Part shown: positions 25,700 through 35,007 of the stretch, in pieces | Layout: the number at the start of each line of letters is the position of its first letter | How positions within the stretch are numbered: position 1 is the stretch's first letter | Source: a virus | IMG/VR virus record: IMGVR_UViG_3300018080_000100 | Direction: 5' to 3' (one strand) | DNA length: 64,000 nt | Position numbers and translations under genes: made by a program | Notes under the pieces: model-generated | Seen by the model: only the letters and a program-made list of their open reading frames with translations | What the model was told of the DNA's origin: nothing | The model's database searches: none

Positions 25700-27345
25700 T
25701 CCGGGAGATCCTCTGCGCTGCCGTCAGCGGGCACGAGCGTTTCGTAGCATCCCATGCAGTACCCTGCGCCTCTGGGCCGTGACCGCTCCAGGATGTCGTG
25801 CCGTATGTACTCATTGAAGTATCCGACCGGGGTGCTGTAGATGTTGTTGCCTACGTCCTGGCCCACAGACCCGTCGAACAGCGTGAAGTCGCCGCCCGGT
25901 GCATCAGTGAAGATGTTGGCCGGCGTTGCCTCTGAGAGGTTCCCCGAGCCACCCAGCACGCTTTGCGCTGTCCCGTCTCCGTCGTCCATGTTGTAACCGG
26001 CCGTGATCGATGCTGGCGGGCTGCCACTGAAGCTGTAGCAATTGCTACCTATCGCTGAGCTGATATTGTTCTGGGCGTAGAGTACGGGGATGTCGCTGAA
26101 GATCTGCCAGTCGAGGAAGGCCCCAGTGACGTCGTATGCCGTGTTGTTGTAGAACCAGAGACTGACATACGCACCCGACACGCAGTGGAACACATCAATT
26201 CCGATGTCGTAAAACAGGCAGTTGGCGAACGAGATGAAATGTGGCGAAGAGCCCGCGAACAAGTTCAGCCCGTTAGACAAGCCATGGAACGTGCAGCGAT
26301 CGAACGCCCAGAACGTGTACGAGTTGCCAGGTGATACACCGTTCGACATGTCCTTGAACTCGATGCCGGTGACGCGGAGGAACTCTCCATTGCCTTGGCC
26401 GTTGACACCGCCGTTATTCACTTGCGTGGCAATGTACGGTGACTCGCCATCTGCCGGCTCAATAAAGGCATTCTGCGACGCCCAAGGCGCCCCGAACTCC
26501 ACACCACCAAGGTCGCCACCGCCGTAGCAAATGGCGTACTCGTCGTCTCCACTACCACCGCGCGCAGCTGACCAGGCAGCCAACGTCGTGTAGTCGCCCA
26601 CGGTGACGAGGTTCGTAGGCACGTCGTCAGCCAAGGCCATGCCGCTCTGCGAGACGGTCAGCGTGCCAGGAAGCTCATCGTCGTACCCTACACCGGTGAA
26701 GTACCAGGCCAACGAGAGCGTTGCCACCTCGTCCGGAGGCACCGGACTGCCTGCATAGGCGCCGGTGCCGGACAGCTGTGCCCGCTCATCTGCGGTGAAC
26801 ACACGGCCCGTGATCTTACACCAGTGGGACATCTTGTTGCCACTGTTGATGTAGTTTGTGTCGCCCTCCTCCCTCCGTCCGAAGTTCACGTAGTCAGTGC
26901 AGTAGACAGAGACCGGCGCCTGCATGTACGTCATGTACGACTGCTCCACGCCATCAACGTAGATCCTCGCACGGTAATCGCCGGACAAGTACTCCACAGT
27001 AATGTGCCGCCATCCAGGATTACCGTTGAACGGGGCGGTACTGGTTAGAGTCGTACCGCCACCGAACTCTCCAGTGTCTATATCGACTTTTACATTCCCT
27101 GCCTGGATGAACACGCTGTCTTCCGGTATCGTGATGGCGAACAGCATCCCGGAACCGCCATCGTTCCACTCCAGCAGCGTTTGGAAACCACTGCCGGCGT
27201 TGCTGTCCATGAACACCCATCCCGCTATCGCCCAACCATCCTGCGGCAGGTCGAACACCGAGTTCTGGTTCACGCGGACGTACGACGATCCACTGAACTC
27301 CCAGCTCCGGGCTGCAGGCGTGATTGTCTTGGTTGTGGTTCCCAT
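25663..27345 (-). CDS. tailspike/depolymerase-like protein: LamG/ConA-like N-domain + right-handed parallel beta-helix
   Basis: N-terminus GWAIAGWVFMDSNAGSGFQTLLEWNDGG (LamG-like). C-terminal repeated NxxG/I-rich beta-helix coils (NGLNLFAGSS...FYNNTAYD...). Confidence 0.45.
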   Translation of the reverse strand: MGTTTKTITPAARSWEFSGSSYVRVNQNSVFDLPQDGWAIAGWVFMDSNAGSGFQTLLEWNDGGSGMLFAITIPEDSVFIQAGNVKVDIDTGEFGGGTTLTSTAPFNGNPGWRHITVEYLSGDYRARIYVDGVEQSYMTYMQAPVSVYCTDYVNFGRREEGDTNYINSGNKMSHWCKITGRVFTADERAQLSGTGAYAGSPVPPDEVATLSLAWYFTGVGYDDELPGTLTVSQSGMALADDVPTNLVTVGDYTTLAAWSAARGGSGDDEYAICYGGGDLGGVEFGAPWASQNAFIEPADGESPYIATQVNNGGVNGQGNGEFLRVTGIEFKDMSNGVSPGNSYTFWAFDRCTFHGLSNGLNLFAGSSPHFISFANCLFYDIGIDVFHCVSGAYVSLWFYNNTAYDVTGAFLDWQIFSDIPVLYAQNNISSAIGSNCYSFSGSPPASITAGYNMDDGDGTAQSVLGGSGNLSEATPANIFTDAPGGDFTLFDGSVGQDVGNNIYSTPVGYFNEYIRHDILERSRPRGAGYCMGCYETLVPADGSAEDLPEWGEASGLGLSL

Positions 27346-27352
27346 GATACGG

Positions 27353-27829
27353 CTATCCCTGCGGTGCTAGTGGTTCGACATCTCCGCCTATGTCTACAGC
27401 AGTCACCTTCACCTCACTAGGCCGACGTGTCGGCCGTGTCACCCCTGTGGTGATCTTCGGCACGTACTCGTTCTCGTCGAGGATCTTCCGGCGAGTATCG
27501 GCGTCCAGGCCGGTCAGGTCGCAATACTTCGAGCACGCGTTTTCGTAGACCTTATGGCCGTCGACCTCGCCCACTTCCTCAAGCACAGGCAGGTCCATTG
27601 TTGGCGCCTGGGCGAACGGCTTACGCTGCTCCGTCTTTGTGTACGGATGCACGACCACGGGGTCAGGCGCCTTCGAGCCGTTCAACTGCGCCTCGATAGC
27701 CCTGTCCTCGGTAGTCATGGGCTTCCAGTCGACGATCTGCAGTAGCCGCTTCTCCTCGCGGCCCCATCTCGCACCGTCCTTCTTGATGCAGATGACCTCA
27801 CCGGTCTTTGGGTTGACTAGCGCTTCCAT
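27353..27829 (-). CDS. hypothetical protein
   Basis: 158-aa ORF. Confidence 0.4.
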   Translation of the reverse strand: MEALVNPKTGEVICIKKDGARWGREEKRLLQIVDWKPMTTEDRAIEAQLNGSKAPDPVVVHPYTKTEQRKPFAQAPTMDLPVLEEVGEVDGHKVYENACSKYCDLTGLDADTRRKILDENEYVPKITTGVTRPTRRPSEVKVTAVDIGGDVEPLAPQG

Positions 27830-27832
27830 GCG

Positions 27833-28630
27833 TTACTCCCTGATAAGGTCAAGCGTTGTCTTCCACCACTCCCAACGTGGATTCCACTCACGGTAGCGCC
27901 CGCCGTCCCACCAGAGGAACACGCCGTCCGTGTGCTTAAAGGCGTAGGACAGCAACGTGCGCCAGGCAATGCCCGACATCGGCTCCGGCCGTCCCTTGTC
28001 CAGCCACCATGGCCAGATAATCGGCATGATCGGCGTGGTGGGCGCCACGAAGCGCAGGGCCTGGAAATGACGCTCCATCCACAACAACGACTGCTCCAAG
28101 CCGACTGGCCGGCCAGGCTGATGCACGCCATCTCGGTAACCGTGGTCGAAGTAGCATTGCGGGGAAATGTAGTCCTGCAGCTCAAGCATCGGCTTGAGTG
28201 GGCGCACCACGTTATCGAACCAGTGGTCAGGATCGTTCAATACTGGTCCGGCCCAGCACGCTGGCTCCTTGTAGTATCCGTACATCAGGTCGGGCCTGAT
28301 CCGCCTGCACCAGTTGAGCAAGCGGATGCGCTTCTGCATGGCATCCGGCCGAAACTCCATGCCGCCCGTTGGCACCGGCACGGCAGTCCGCCAGGACCCT
28401 CCGTTGTTACCAGACTCGATATTCAGGTACATCAAACGACCGGCGGGCTGCTGCATCAGCCGCGCCTCCATACGCTCCTCATCGATCCACCCCGAAGCAT
28501 CGATCTCGCCATCGACCTTCGGGAAGATGATCCCATGTCCCATGAAGTGGACATTCTCACTAATACCAAACAGCGCCGGGTCGGGCTGATTGTTGAACCG
28601 TAGGTTCGGAAACGCGTAGAGGGGCGGCAT
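27833..28630 (-). CDS. hypothetical protein (possible glycoside-hydrolase-like barrel)
   Basis: W/Y/D-rich with alternating pattern; no firm family call. Confidence 0.35.
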   Translation of the reverse strand: MPPLYAFPNLRFNNQPDPALFGISENVHFMGHGIIFPKVDGEIDASGWIDEERMEARLMQQPAGRLMYLNIESGNNGGSWRTAVPVPTGGMEFRPDAMQKRIRLLNWCRRIRPDLMYGYYKEPACWAGPVLNDPDHWFDNVVRPLKPMLELQDYISPQCYFDHGYRDGVHQPGRPVGLEQSLLWMERHFQALRFVAPTTPIMPIIWPWWLDKGRPEPMSGIAWRTLLSYAFKHTDGVFLWWDGGRYREWNPRWEWWKTTLDLIRE

Positions 28631-28639
28631 TCTTGTCTC

Positions 28640-29005
28640 CTACCAGCGGAAGTGGAATTGGTATCCGTACGGGCGGTACTGTTGGCCGTAGGGCTGTGTG
28701 TTGTAGTGAGGGCCAAAGTACAGCTGCAGGCTCTGCGATCGGTAGTTATGTGGGCAGCGCTGCTGTGGCGCGTACTGTGGGCGCGCTCTGGGCGGCCGTT
28801 GGTACGTGGGCCGCGGCCGGTACTGGCGGTACTGCCGCTGGTACTGCTGTCCGTACATCGGGCGCTGGCCGATCTGCACCTGCACGCCTACCTGCGGGCC
28901 CATGCCACGCTTCTGGGGATGGTTGTCGGCCATACGCCACGACTGTGCGCTACACATGGCAGTCACGGCGAAGAACAGTGCGATAGTGAGTAGAACGCGT
29001 TTCAT
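28640..29005 (-). CDS. secreted low-complexity Q/Y/R/P-rich protein
   Basis: Signal peptide MKRVLLTIALFFAVTAMCSAQ, then QQYQRQYRQYRPRPTYQRPP repeats. gaggaga SD before the Met at 29005. Confidence 0.5.
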   Translation of the reverse strand: MKRVLLTIALFFAVTAMCSAQSWRMADNHPQKRGMGPQVGVQVQIGQRPMYGQQYQRQYRQYRPRPTYQRPPRARPQYAPQQRCPHNYRSQSLQLYFGPHYNTQPYGQQYRPYGYQFHFRW

Positions 29006-29019
29006 CAGTCTCTCCTCGG

Positions 29020-30249
29020 TTAGTTGGTCAGACGCTCCAGCCAATTTTGATCAGCTGAACAAGATTCGGCTGCTTTCCTGTGCCCTGCCAGCACATTGGT
29101 ACTCAGTTTGCCCTGTGGGTACTTTTTCTGGAGCCAGTCGAGCATACCCAGCTCGCCGCCCTGTGTGAGGAACATCAGCTTCTTGTCGCCGGCTGTACGC
29201 TGGTGGAAGTCTACGCCCAGGTCGCCTCGATCCTTCACGGTGAGGTCGCCACAGTTGTAGTCGGCCAGCTCGGCATACTTGTCCATGGCCACCTTACCAG
29301 CCATGCCGTTGAAACCGCCCACTCCCACTCCTTTACCCAAAGCCCCAGTGGCGATCGGGAAGCCCAGGCCGCTGGCGCTGCCTACACCCATATGGGCCAT
29401 TGAAAAGTCCCCTGGAGCCCCTTGCCAGCTCTGCGGTTGCTGCTGTTGTACAGGCATCGGGGCCTCGTGTTTCTCCATACCGGCGAGGTTCTGCCCGGCC
29501 GCGGCCATCACTCTTGGATCGTCGGACGGAGCAACCGTAGGTGCTTGCTGTGCTGGCACTTGGGCCACGCCAGGGGGCATAGCGATGGATGGCCGCGCTG
29601 ATTTTTCAAGGCTTCGCGTCCCCAGCTCGGAGGGTGCCGACGGGGGCGCATCCGCAGTAATCCCCTCTTTTGGGAACACAGAGGTAGCCACAACGGCTGC
29701 ATCCACGGCCTTTTTGATGCCACTGATAGCAGCGACCATGCGCGCGGTTTGGACATCATCAGGTAAGAAATCACAGAGTGCTATCGGTGCTGCCACTCCC
29801 GACGCAGCCTTGTCGCAGCCCCCAGACTCCATCACTTCGAGCTTGTCGTAGTATTTTCTGTCCTCTTGTAGGTGATCTTTGGCGATCTCCTCGGCCAGCT
29901 CCTCGTCGTTGACATGCTCCATCTCCACTTCTTCGCCCTTGTCAAGCTGGTCCTCTGGGTATGCGGAGTCGGGTTTGCCGTCAGCCAAACCACCAGTCAG
30001 CCGATCGGGACCAGAGGCCATTTTGCCCACGATAGCGTGCATCCAGGGGGCGTACGCCTCCTTCTTGCGCCCCTTTTTCTTAGCGCGCTCAGGTAGGTCT
30101 TTGCCCTTGGACTCCTCGTTCCATTCGTCCACGTCAACGCCCTCAGCCTCAAGCTCGGCCTTGTTGGCATTGAAGTAACGCCGCTGAGCGTCGCTAGCGT
30201 ATGGCATCGTGCCGCTCCTAGAAGGTTCCAATCCGTTGTTCCACGCCAC
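29020..30249 (-). CDS. hypothetical protein
   Basis: 409-aa ORF; acidic N-terminal region and Q/P-rich middle. Confidence 0.45.
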   Translation of the reverse strand: MAWNNGLEPSRSGTMPYASDAQRRYFNANKAELEAEGVDVDEWNEESKGKDLPERAKKKGRKKEAYAPWMHAIVGKMASGPDRLTGGLADGKPDSAYPEDQLDKGEEVEMEHVNDEELAEEIAKDHLQEDRKYYDKLEVMESGGCDKAASGVAAPIALCDFLPDDVQTARMVAAISGIKKAVDAAVVATSVFPKEGITADAPPSAPSELGTRSLEKSARPSIAMPPGVAQVPAQQAPTVAPSDDPRVMAAAGQNLAGMEKHEAPMPVQQQQPQSWQGAPGDFSMAHMGVGSASGLGFPIATGALGKGVGVGGFNGMAGKVAMDKYAELADYNCGDLTVKDRGDLGVDFHQRTAGDKKLMFLTQGGELGMLDWLQKKYPQGKLSTNVLAGHRKAAESCSADQNWLERLTN

Positions 30250-30297
30250 TCACTAGTATGGCGCATCTACACAGGGCTGGCAATGCGTGTCTGATAG

Positions 30298-30327
30298 CTA
30301 AAGAAAAGGCCCCAAAGTGGGGCCTAG
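30298..30327 (-). terminator. rho-independent terminator
   Basis: aggcccc-aaagt-ggggcct hairpin, followed on the minus transcript by UUUUCUUUAG. Confidence 0.6.
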
Positions 30328-30366
30328 ATTAGTTCAGATGATCGGCTAGCATGGTTGGCTTCTTGC

Positions 30367-31041
30367 TCAGCTGAGCGATAGGCCCATGCGCGCCAGTGCC
30401 TCGACAACGTATCGACAGCGTGTCTTGCCCATACCGGCTACCTTGCGCAGGCCCGCTTCCGAGTATGACAGAAGCGCGTCGATCGTAAGGATGCTTGCCT
30501 GGTGGAGCACATCTAACGTACGTGGATCCAAACCGTCCAGCGTAAAAACTGGCAGACGCGCCGGATCCTGCTTGTCCGCGGCCATTGGGTTGTTTAGATA
30601 TGTGTGAGCGTGAAAATGTCCAGGATCAACGCACACCTCATGCGCATCTGCTGGATAATTAGCCCGCGTCAACAGCTCCAGCAGCCAGTTATGCATATGG
30701 GCTGCCCATACGTTGGTGAATGCTGTAGGACTATCCACGTAGCTGTTCACGGACACGTATACCTGCAACCGTGGCGGCGGTGGCTTGTCGGCAACACTCA
30801 TCCGTGTGAACATGTTGACTTTCGGCGCCCAGCACGCACGCGCATCTACGAGCTCGTGTAGAACCAGCTGCAAAGCCTGTTCGTCGACCGCGCTGAGCGC
30901 AGCTATCATCCGTGACTCGATGTGTGTCAGCGCGCCCAACAGCATCGTACCGACGAACGAGTCGGTAGCCAGCTTCATCTTGCCCGTAGCTTCGGGCATA
31001 TCGCCGTCCAGCAGGTCTATAGTCGTCTCGTACTTTTCCAT
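30367..31041 (-). CDS. protein with RNA-polymerase alpha-CTD-like helix-hairpin-helix domain
   Basis: C-terminus LDGLDPRTLDVLHQASILTIDALL..LRKVAGMGKTRCRYVVEALARMGLSL parallels the alpha-CTD [30 protein letters not shown]. Confidence 0.45.
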   Translation of the reverse strand: MEKYETTIDLLDGDMPEATGKMKLATDSFVGTMLLGALTHIESRMIAALSAVDEQALQLVLHELVDARACWAPKVNMFTRMSVADKPPPPRLQVYVSVNSYVDSPTAFTNVWAAHMHNWLLELLTRANYPADAHEVCVDPGHFHAHTYLNNPMAADKQDPARLPVFTLDGLDPRTLDVLHQASILTIDALLSYSEAGLRKVAGMGKTRCRYVVEALARMGLSLS

Positions 31042-31055
31042 CCTATCCTCCTTTC

Positions 31056-31078
31056 AAATCTTGTTCATGTGATCAAAA
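31056..31078 (-). promoter_or_regulatory. conserved inverted-repeat promoter/operator motif
   Basis: aaatcttgttcatgtgatcaaaaa lies directly upstream of the aaggagg SD and ATG of 30367-31041. Confidence 0.5.
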
Positions 31079-31101
31079 AGAAGGGCGCCCGAAGGCGCCC
31101 C
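31075..31101 (-). terminator. rho-independent terminator (UUCG loop)
   Basis: gggcgcc-cgaa-ggcgccc hairpin + U-run on the minus transcript, downstream of 31133-31495. Confidence 0.6.
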
Positions 31102-31132
31102 AGGTCAAAGGTCACCAGGCAACGCCTGCTCG

Positions 31133-31495
31133 TTAGTTGTTGCTTGGATCTGGCCCTCGGTGACAACGCGCCTGTTGAAGTGCACGCACGGCAAGCGTTA
31201 CATACCCTTCTGGGGGTGTTAGCTTGCTGTTGAGCCCACTAAGCATTTCGTGCAGCGTGAAAGCCATGTTACCCAGCATGGCAAGATCGTCACTGCTACG
31301 GCTCCACACCGTGACTTCCAGCTGCGTATCTGTAAGCTCATCCACAAATACGCGATAGCCATTTTCGTGCGCATGGCACAACGCCTGCAGTGTGTCCTGC
31401 AAGCTCTCGTGATCGTGGTCGGCCAAGCAGTGGACTACCAGCAACAGGAACGCCTCGCGCTGCCGGCTTGACGGACTGAGCGGGTCGCCGCCCAT
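31133..31495 (-). CDS. hypothetical small protein (paralog of 32758-33126)
   Basis: REAFLLLVVHCLADHD...GYRVFVDELTDTQLEVTVWSRSSDD aligns with the other copy. Confidence 0.5.
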   Translation of the reverse strand: MGGDPLSPSSRQREAFLLLVVHCLADHDHESLQDTLQALCHAHENGYRVFVDELTDTQLEVTVWSRSSDDLAMLGNMAFTLHEMLSGLNSKLTPPEGYVTLAVRALQQARCHRGPDPSNN

Positions 31496-31510
31496 TGGAA
31501 AGCTCCTTTC

Positions 31511-31534
31511 AAATCTTGTTCATGTGATCAAAAA
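31511..31534 (-). promoter_or_regulatory. conserved inverted-repeat promoter/operator motif
   Basis: Second copy of aaatcttgttcatgtgatcaaaaa, upstream of 31133-31495. Confidence 0.5.
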
Positions 31535-31553
31535 GGGCGCCCGAAGGCGCCCC
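31530..31553 (-). terminator. rho-independent terminator (UUCG loop)
   Basis: Hairpin identical to the 31083-31101 copy, downstream of 31564-32139. Confidence 0.6.
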
Positions 31554-31563
31554 AGGTCAAAGG

Positions 31564-32139
31564 TCACCAGGCATCAGGCATCTCAGGATACCCGTCCTCC
31601 ACTTCTTCCTCGACGTCGAGGTCATCGTCCAGATACCACTTCTTGCCCTCCTCGATATGCGGGTCGAGCGACTTGGTATCTACACGTACCGAGCGCATCA
31701 GCGCCTCGATCAGCTGGCGGACGATAGCGCCTTCGCCGTCTGGGTCTCGAGCGATTTCACGCCCGATGTCCTTGAGTATCTCAGGGTTCTCCATCAGCTT
31801 CTTGATGAAGTATTGGCCCTCGGACTCAAGGCGGTTGAGCTGAGGATCGACGCTGCGCGTGACCTTCAGCAGGGAGTTGCACAGCTCGGCCTTCTGCATC
31901 TCGTTGTATGCCAAGGCGAGCCTGTGCAGCTCGGAGCCAGCGCCCATCTGCTTGTTCGGCCCAACGCGGGCCTTGGCTCTGAGCAAGATCTCGTCCAGCA
32001 AGACCTCCTGGGTCCGCTGGATCTTGGCCGTCCGGTGGGCCGGTACCGGCCTGAATAGCTTGACTGCGGTAATTCCAGCGCCTGCGCCTACGACGACGCA
32101 AAGCACGGCACACAATAGCATTACGATACGCTTACTCAT
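31564..32139 (-). CDS. membrane-anchored hypothetical protein
   Basis: N-terminal TM IVMLLCAVLCVVVGAGAGITAV; helical remainder. Confidence 0.5.
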   Translation of the reverse strand: MSKRIVMLLCAVLCVVVGAGAGITAVKLFRPVPAHRTAKIQRTQEVLLDEILLRAKARVGPNKQMGAGSELHRLALAYNEMQKAELCNSLLKVTRSVDPQLNRLESEGQYFIKKLMENPEILKDIGREIARDPDGEGAIVRQLIEALMRSVRVDTKSLDPHIEEGKKWYLDDDLDVEEEVEDGYPEMPDAW

Positions 32140-32172
32140 GGGGTTGCTCCTTTCAAGAGCGGGTTAAAGAAA

Positions 32173-32706
32173 TCAACCGTGCCACTGCTGTGACACGGCT
32201 TGTGGGTCGTTCGGCGCGAGATGATAGCGCTCAACTAGGGACGCCAAGTCCTCATGGGTCGTACGCAAATCCGTACCGCCTTCGGTATCTGTCGCGTGGT
32301 AGCGTGTGACACTGACCTCATGGCAACGCCCTTGACGATGGACGAAGCGCATCGCATAGGACAGCCAAATGAAGAGATCATCTGTGAACTTGGCCCGCTG
32401 CGCTGCGCTGAACACGCCAACCGCATCGTTAAAGATCACATAGACCCACACGTCACGGCACAGTACCTCAACGAGAATCTTGGTGCCATGGTCGACATCG
32501 CCGAACACATCCATGAGCAGCGTCTGCGCACGGGCACTGTCGTCTTGATTGACAGCCTCAATAAATGCATTACGCAGATGCGCGGCGGACATGCAAAACA
32601 GGGTACGCCAAAAGCCATCATCCAGTTCATTCAACGCTGCGCCCGCCGGGTCGATAAAATCGACCTCGCTGGGTGGTGGTCGGTCGTGAAAATCATCAGA
32701 CGCCAT
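32173..32706 (-). CDS. hypothetical protein
   Basis: 177-aa ORF; shares a 33-bp 5' leader repeat with 31564-32139. Confidence 0.45.
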   Translation of the reverse strand: MASDDFHDRPPPSEVDFIDPAGAALNELDDGFWRTLFCMSAAHLRNAFIEAVNQDDSARAQTLLMDVFGDVDHGTKILVEVLCRDVWVYVIFNDAVGVFSAAQRAKFTDDLFIWLSYAMRFVHRQGRCHEVSVTRYHATDTEGGTDLRTTHEDLASLVERYHLAPNDPQAVSQQWHG

Positions 32707-32757
32707 GGGTTGCTCCTTTCAAGAGCGGGTTAAAGAGCTATGGCTTGTGCCATAGTG

Positions 32758-33126
32758 TCATTCACGAGCGGCAATAAGAGCTGCCGGAAGCTGTCTGCGC
32801 TGCAGCACACGCACATCGATATCATCGAAGCCCTCGGACTCATCGTCCTCGTAGCGCTTGTCGTTGAGGTCGTTGAGCATCTGATACATCTGGATGGCCA
32901 GCTTGCACATCTCCTCGAAGTCCCCGTCGTCGCGATCCCAGATCGTGACTTCCAAATGGTTGGCAACGGGTGTCTCCAAGTGTACTCGATAGCCGGGGGC
33001 ACAGACCTGACACCGTGTCGACAGCGCGTGCTGCAGCAAACGCACGTCTCGATCGAGCACTCCGTTTATGACCATCAGCAAGAAAGCTCGGCGATCATTA
33101 TCCTCCGGGGTGAATTGCTTACACAT
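32758..33126 (-). CDS. hypothetical small protein (paralog of 31133-31495)
   Basis: RRAFLLMVINGVLDRD...GYRVHLETPVANHLEVTIWDRDDGD. Confidence 0.5.
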   Translation of the reverse strand: MCKQFTPEDNDRRAFLLMVINGVLDRDVRLLQHALSTRCQVCAPGYRVHLETPVANHLEVTIWDRDDGDFEEMCKLAIQMYQMLNDLNDKRYEDDESEGFDDIDVRVLQRRQLPAALIAARE

Positions 33127-33144
33127 ACGTCTTCCTTTCGTGGG

Positions 33145-33480
33145 TCAGAACGGCCTGACCTTGGAACGGGGCCTGCCACGGGCAGGCCAGGGTTTAGGCA
33201 CCGTACGGTGCCAGTGGACAATGTCATGCAGGGTCACGCTGTGCTGCTCCCGGGCGCGGTGGATACGATGCGCCAGGTACTGACAGATCTTGTGACTGAT
33301 TCCGAACTGCGTAAGGGCGGCAGCATGCTCGCCTAGGGCGACTAGCTGCGCCAGGGCGGCCCTGCTCGCGTCGCTGACCTCTTGGCCAGCGTCTTCCAGG
33401 GCCTGGTTGATCGCGTAGCAGACATCCACTACGGCTGTATCGTGGTACTTATCGGTCGTCACTCCATCGGGTAGTGGCAT
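33145..33480 (-). CDS. hypothetical protein
   Basis: 111-aa ORF. Confidence 0.4.
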   Translation of the reverse strand: MPLPDGVTTDKYHDTAVVDVCYAINQALEDAGQEVSDASRAALAQLVALGEHAAALTQFGISHKICQYLAHRIHRAREQHSVTLHDIVHWHRTVPKPWPARGRPRSKVRPF

Positions 33481-33482
33481 GT

Positions 33483-33845
33483 TTACTCCCTTGTGACCTC
33501 AAGCACGCGCTTCTCAGCGGTCTTGCGGGTGGTGAACAGCACCACGGCATGGATCTTGGCCGGGCACCGTAGGATCAGCTCGTGGAACCAGACGGCCACG
33601 TTCGAGGCATACGCCTCTGCCAGTGGCTGGTGCTTTCGTGCGACGTCGTCGCCGAAGACGACAACGATTGTCAGCGCGGTAGCGGAATACTCGCCACACT
33701 CCGACAAACGGGTGTCGAAGCTTCCGGTGGCAAACGTCTCCTCGCCATCGAAGATCACGTCCAGGATGGCATTCAGTGACGGGACGTGCTGATCCATCAG
33801 CGCCTGGGTGGCGGGGATGTTCAGCGAGTCAGATAACTTGTCCAT
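33483..33845 (-). CDS. hypothetical protein
   Basis: 120-aa ORF with the motif at 33858-33882 upstream. Confidence 0.4.
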   Translation of the reverse strand: MDKLSDSLNIPATQALMDQHVPSLNAILDVIFDGEETFATGSFDTRLSECGEYSATALTIVVVFGDDVARKHQPLAEAYASNVAVWFHELILRCPAKIHAVVLFTTRKTAEKRVLEVTRE

Positions 33846-33857
33846 CGTTCCTCCTTT

Positions 33858-33882
33858 TGAACTTTGTTCATGTGATCAAGAT
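33858..33882 (-). promoter_or_regulatory. conserved inverted-repeat promoter/operator motif
   Basis: actttgttcatgtgatcaagatt. Confidence 0.45.
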
Positions 33883-34739
33883 TCGTCCTCTGCGGCCTCC
33901 TCTTCGCGCAACTTGCGCAGTCTGCGGTGTTGTTTCTGTCGCTCCGCAACAGTGGGCTGAGAACCGAATATCCTCCGCTTCCGCGGGGGTGGCGGTTCGG
34001 CACCGGGCTTGTCGCTCGAATCGCTCAAGCTGCTTCGAGCTATGAGCTTCGTGCGGGTGGAATCCTCAGGCGCGATAAACCAGTCGCGCATCCAGCGACA
34101 CAGCTTGGCCATCTGCTTGTCCTGGCCCTTGCCCATACGTGAGCCGATATTGGTATCTTTGCCGTATTGCATGCCCGGCACCTCGATACCAACAGGTATG
34201 CCGATCATAGCCATCAGGGCGACAAACATTCCGAGGGTGTTGTAGTCGTAGCCCTCCTGCTTGAACAGCACGTCGTGCAACCGTACTTCGTAGTATTTGC
34301 CCGCCCTGGAGAATCCACTGGTAGGCGGTGCCCAACGTAGACGGCGACGCACTTCCTTAGAGAGATTCACAAACCACATGCTATCGAAGGTCATCTCGAC
34401 AGCAGGGTGTTTGGGTTCCAGCTCGGCCTGCAGCCTTGCCTGCTCTTTGAGTAGCCGCGTTTTGTCGGCGGTTATCTGCGTGAGCTTCTGGGTCAGCTTG
34501 CCCAGCTCAGCTTCCAGCTCAGCGATACGGGCATTCGTCGGAGCCAGCGCAGCAACTGCTTTCTTGGCACGCTCATCGGCCTCGGCTGCCTGCGTGCGCA
34601 GCTCCGCGTTCGTACGGCGTAACTGCGCCTGTAAGTCTTGTACCTTCGTTAGATACGACATGGCCGTCTCGTCGTGCGCAACGTACTTTTGTAGATCGGC
34701 CATAGCCGCCTTAGCTTCTCGTCTGAGTTTCGACGCCAT
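33876..34739 (-). CDS. coiled-coil hypothetical protein
   Basis: Heptad-like LQAQLRRTNAELRTQAAEADER...KTRLLKEQARLQAELE. Confidence 0.45.
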   Translation of the reverse strand: MASKLRREAKAAMADLQKYVAHDETAMSYLTKVQDLQAQLRRTNAELRTQAAEADERAKKAVAALAPTNARIAELEAELGKLTQKLTQITADKTRLLKEQARLQAELEPKHPAVEMTFDSMWFVNLSKEVRRRLRWAPPTSGFSRAGKYYEVRLHDVLFKQEGYDYNTLGMFVALMAMIGIPVGIEVPGMQYGKDTNIGSRMGKGQDKQMAKLCRWMRDWFIAPEDSTRTKLIARSSLSDSSDKPGAEPPPPRKRRIFGSQPTVAERQKQHRRLRKLREEEAAEDES

Positions 34740-34760
34740 GTCGATCTCCTTTCGTTAGGT

Positions 34761-34787
34761 AAAAAGAAAGGCCCCGTGAAGGGGCCT
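34761..34787 (-). terminator. rho-independent terminator
   Basis: aggcccc-gtgaa-ggggcct hairpin + UUUCUUUUU on the minus transcript. Confidence 0.55.
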
Positions 34788-34800
34788 TGAGTAATCAGGC

Positions 34801-35007
34801 CTACTCGGCCATTGCCGCCATGGCAAATCCGTCGGCCAACCGTTGGCCGTACGTGGGCGTCTCATCCGTCTCCGCTTGCAGGAACGTGTCCGGCGCAGCC
34901 TGTACACGGATATCGCGCTTGCGTGGGCGCGAGTCACGTACACGCAGTACGGACATGTCGCATCGGTGATGAACGCCGCGGTGACAGCCACAAATCTTGC
35001 AGTACAT
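34801..35007 (-). CDS. small Cys/His-rich protein
   Basis: MYCKICGCHRGVHHRCD. Confidence 0.35.
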   Translation of the reverse strand: MYCKICGCHRGVHHRCDMSVLRVRDSRPRKRDIRVQAAPDTFLQAETDETPTYGQRLADGFAMAAMAE

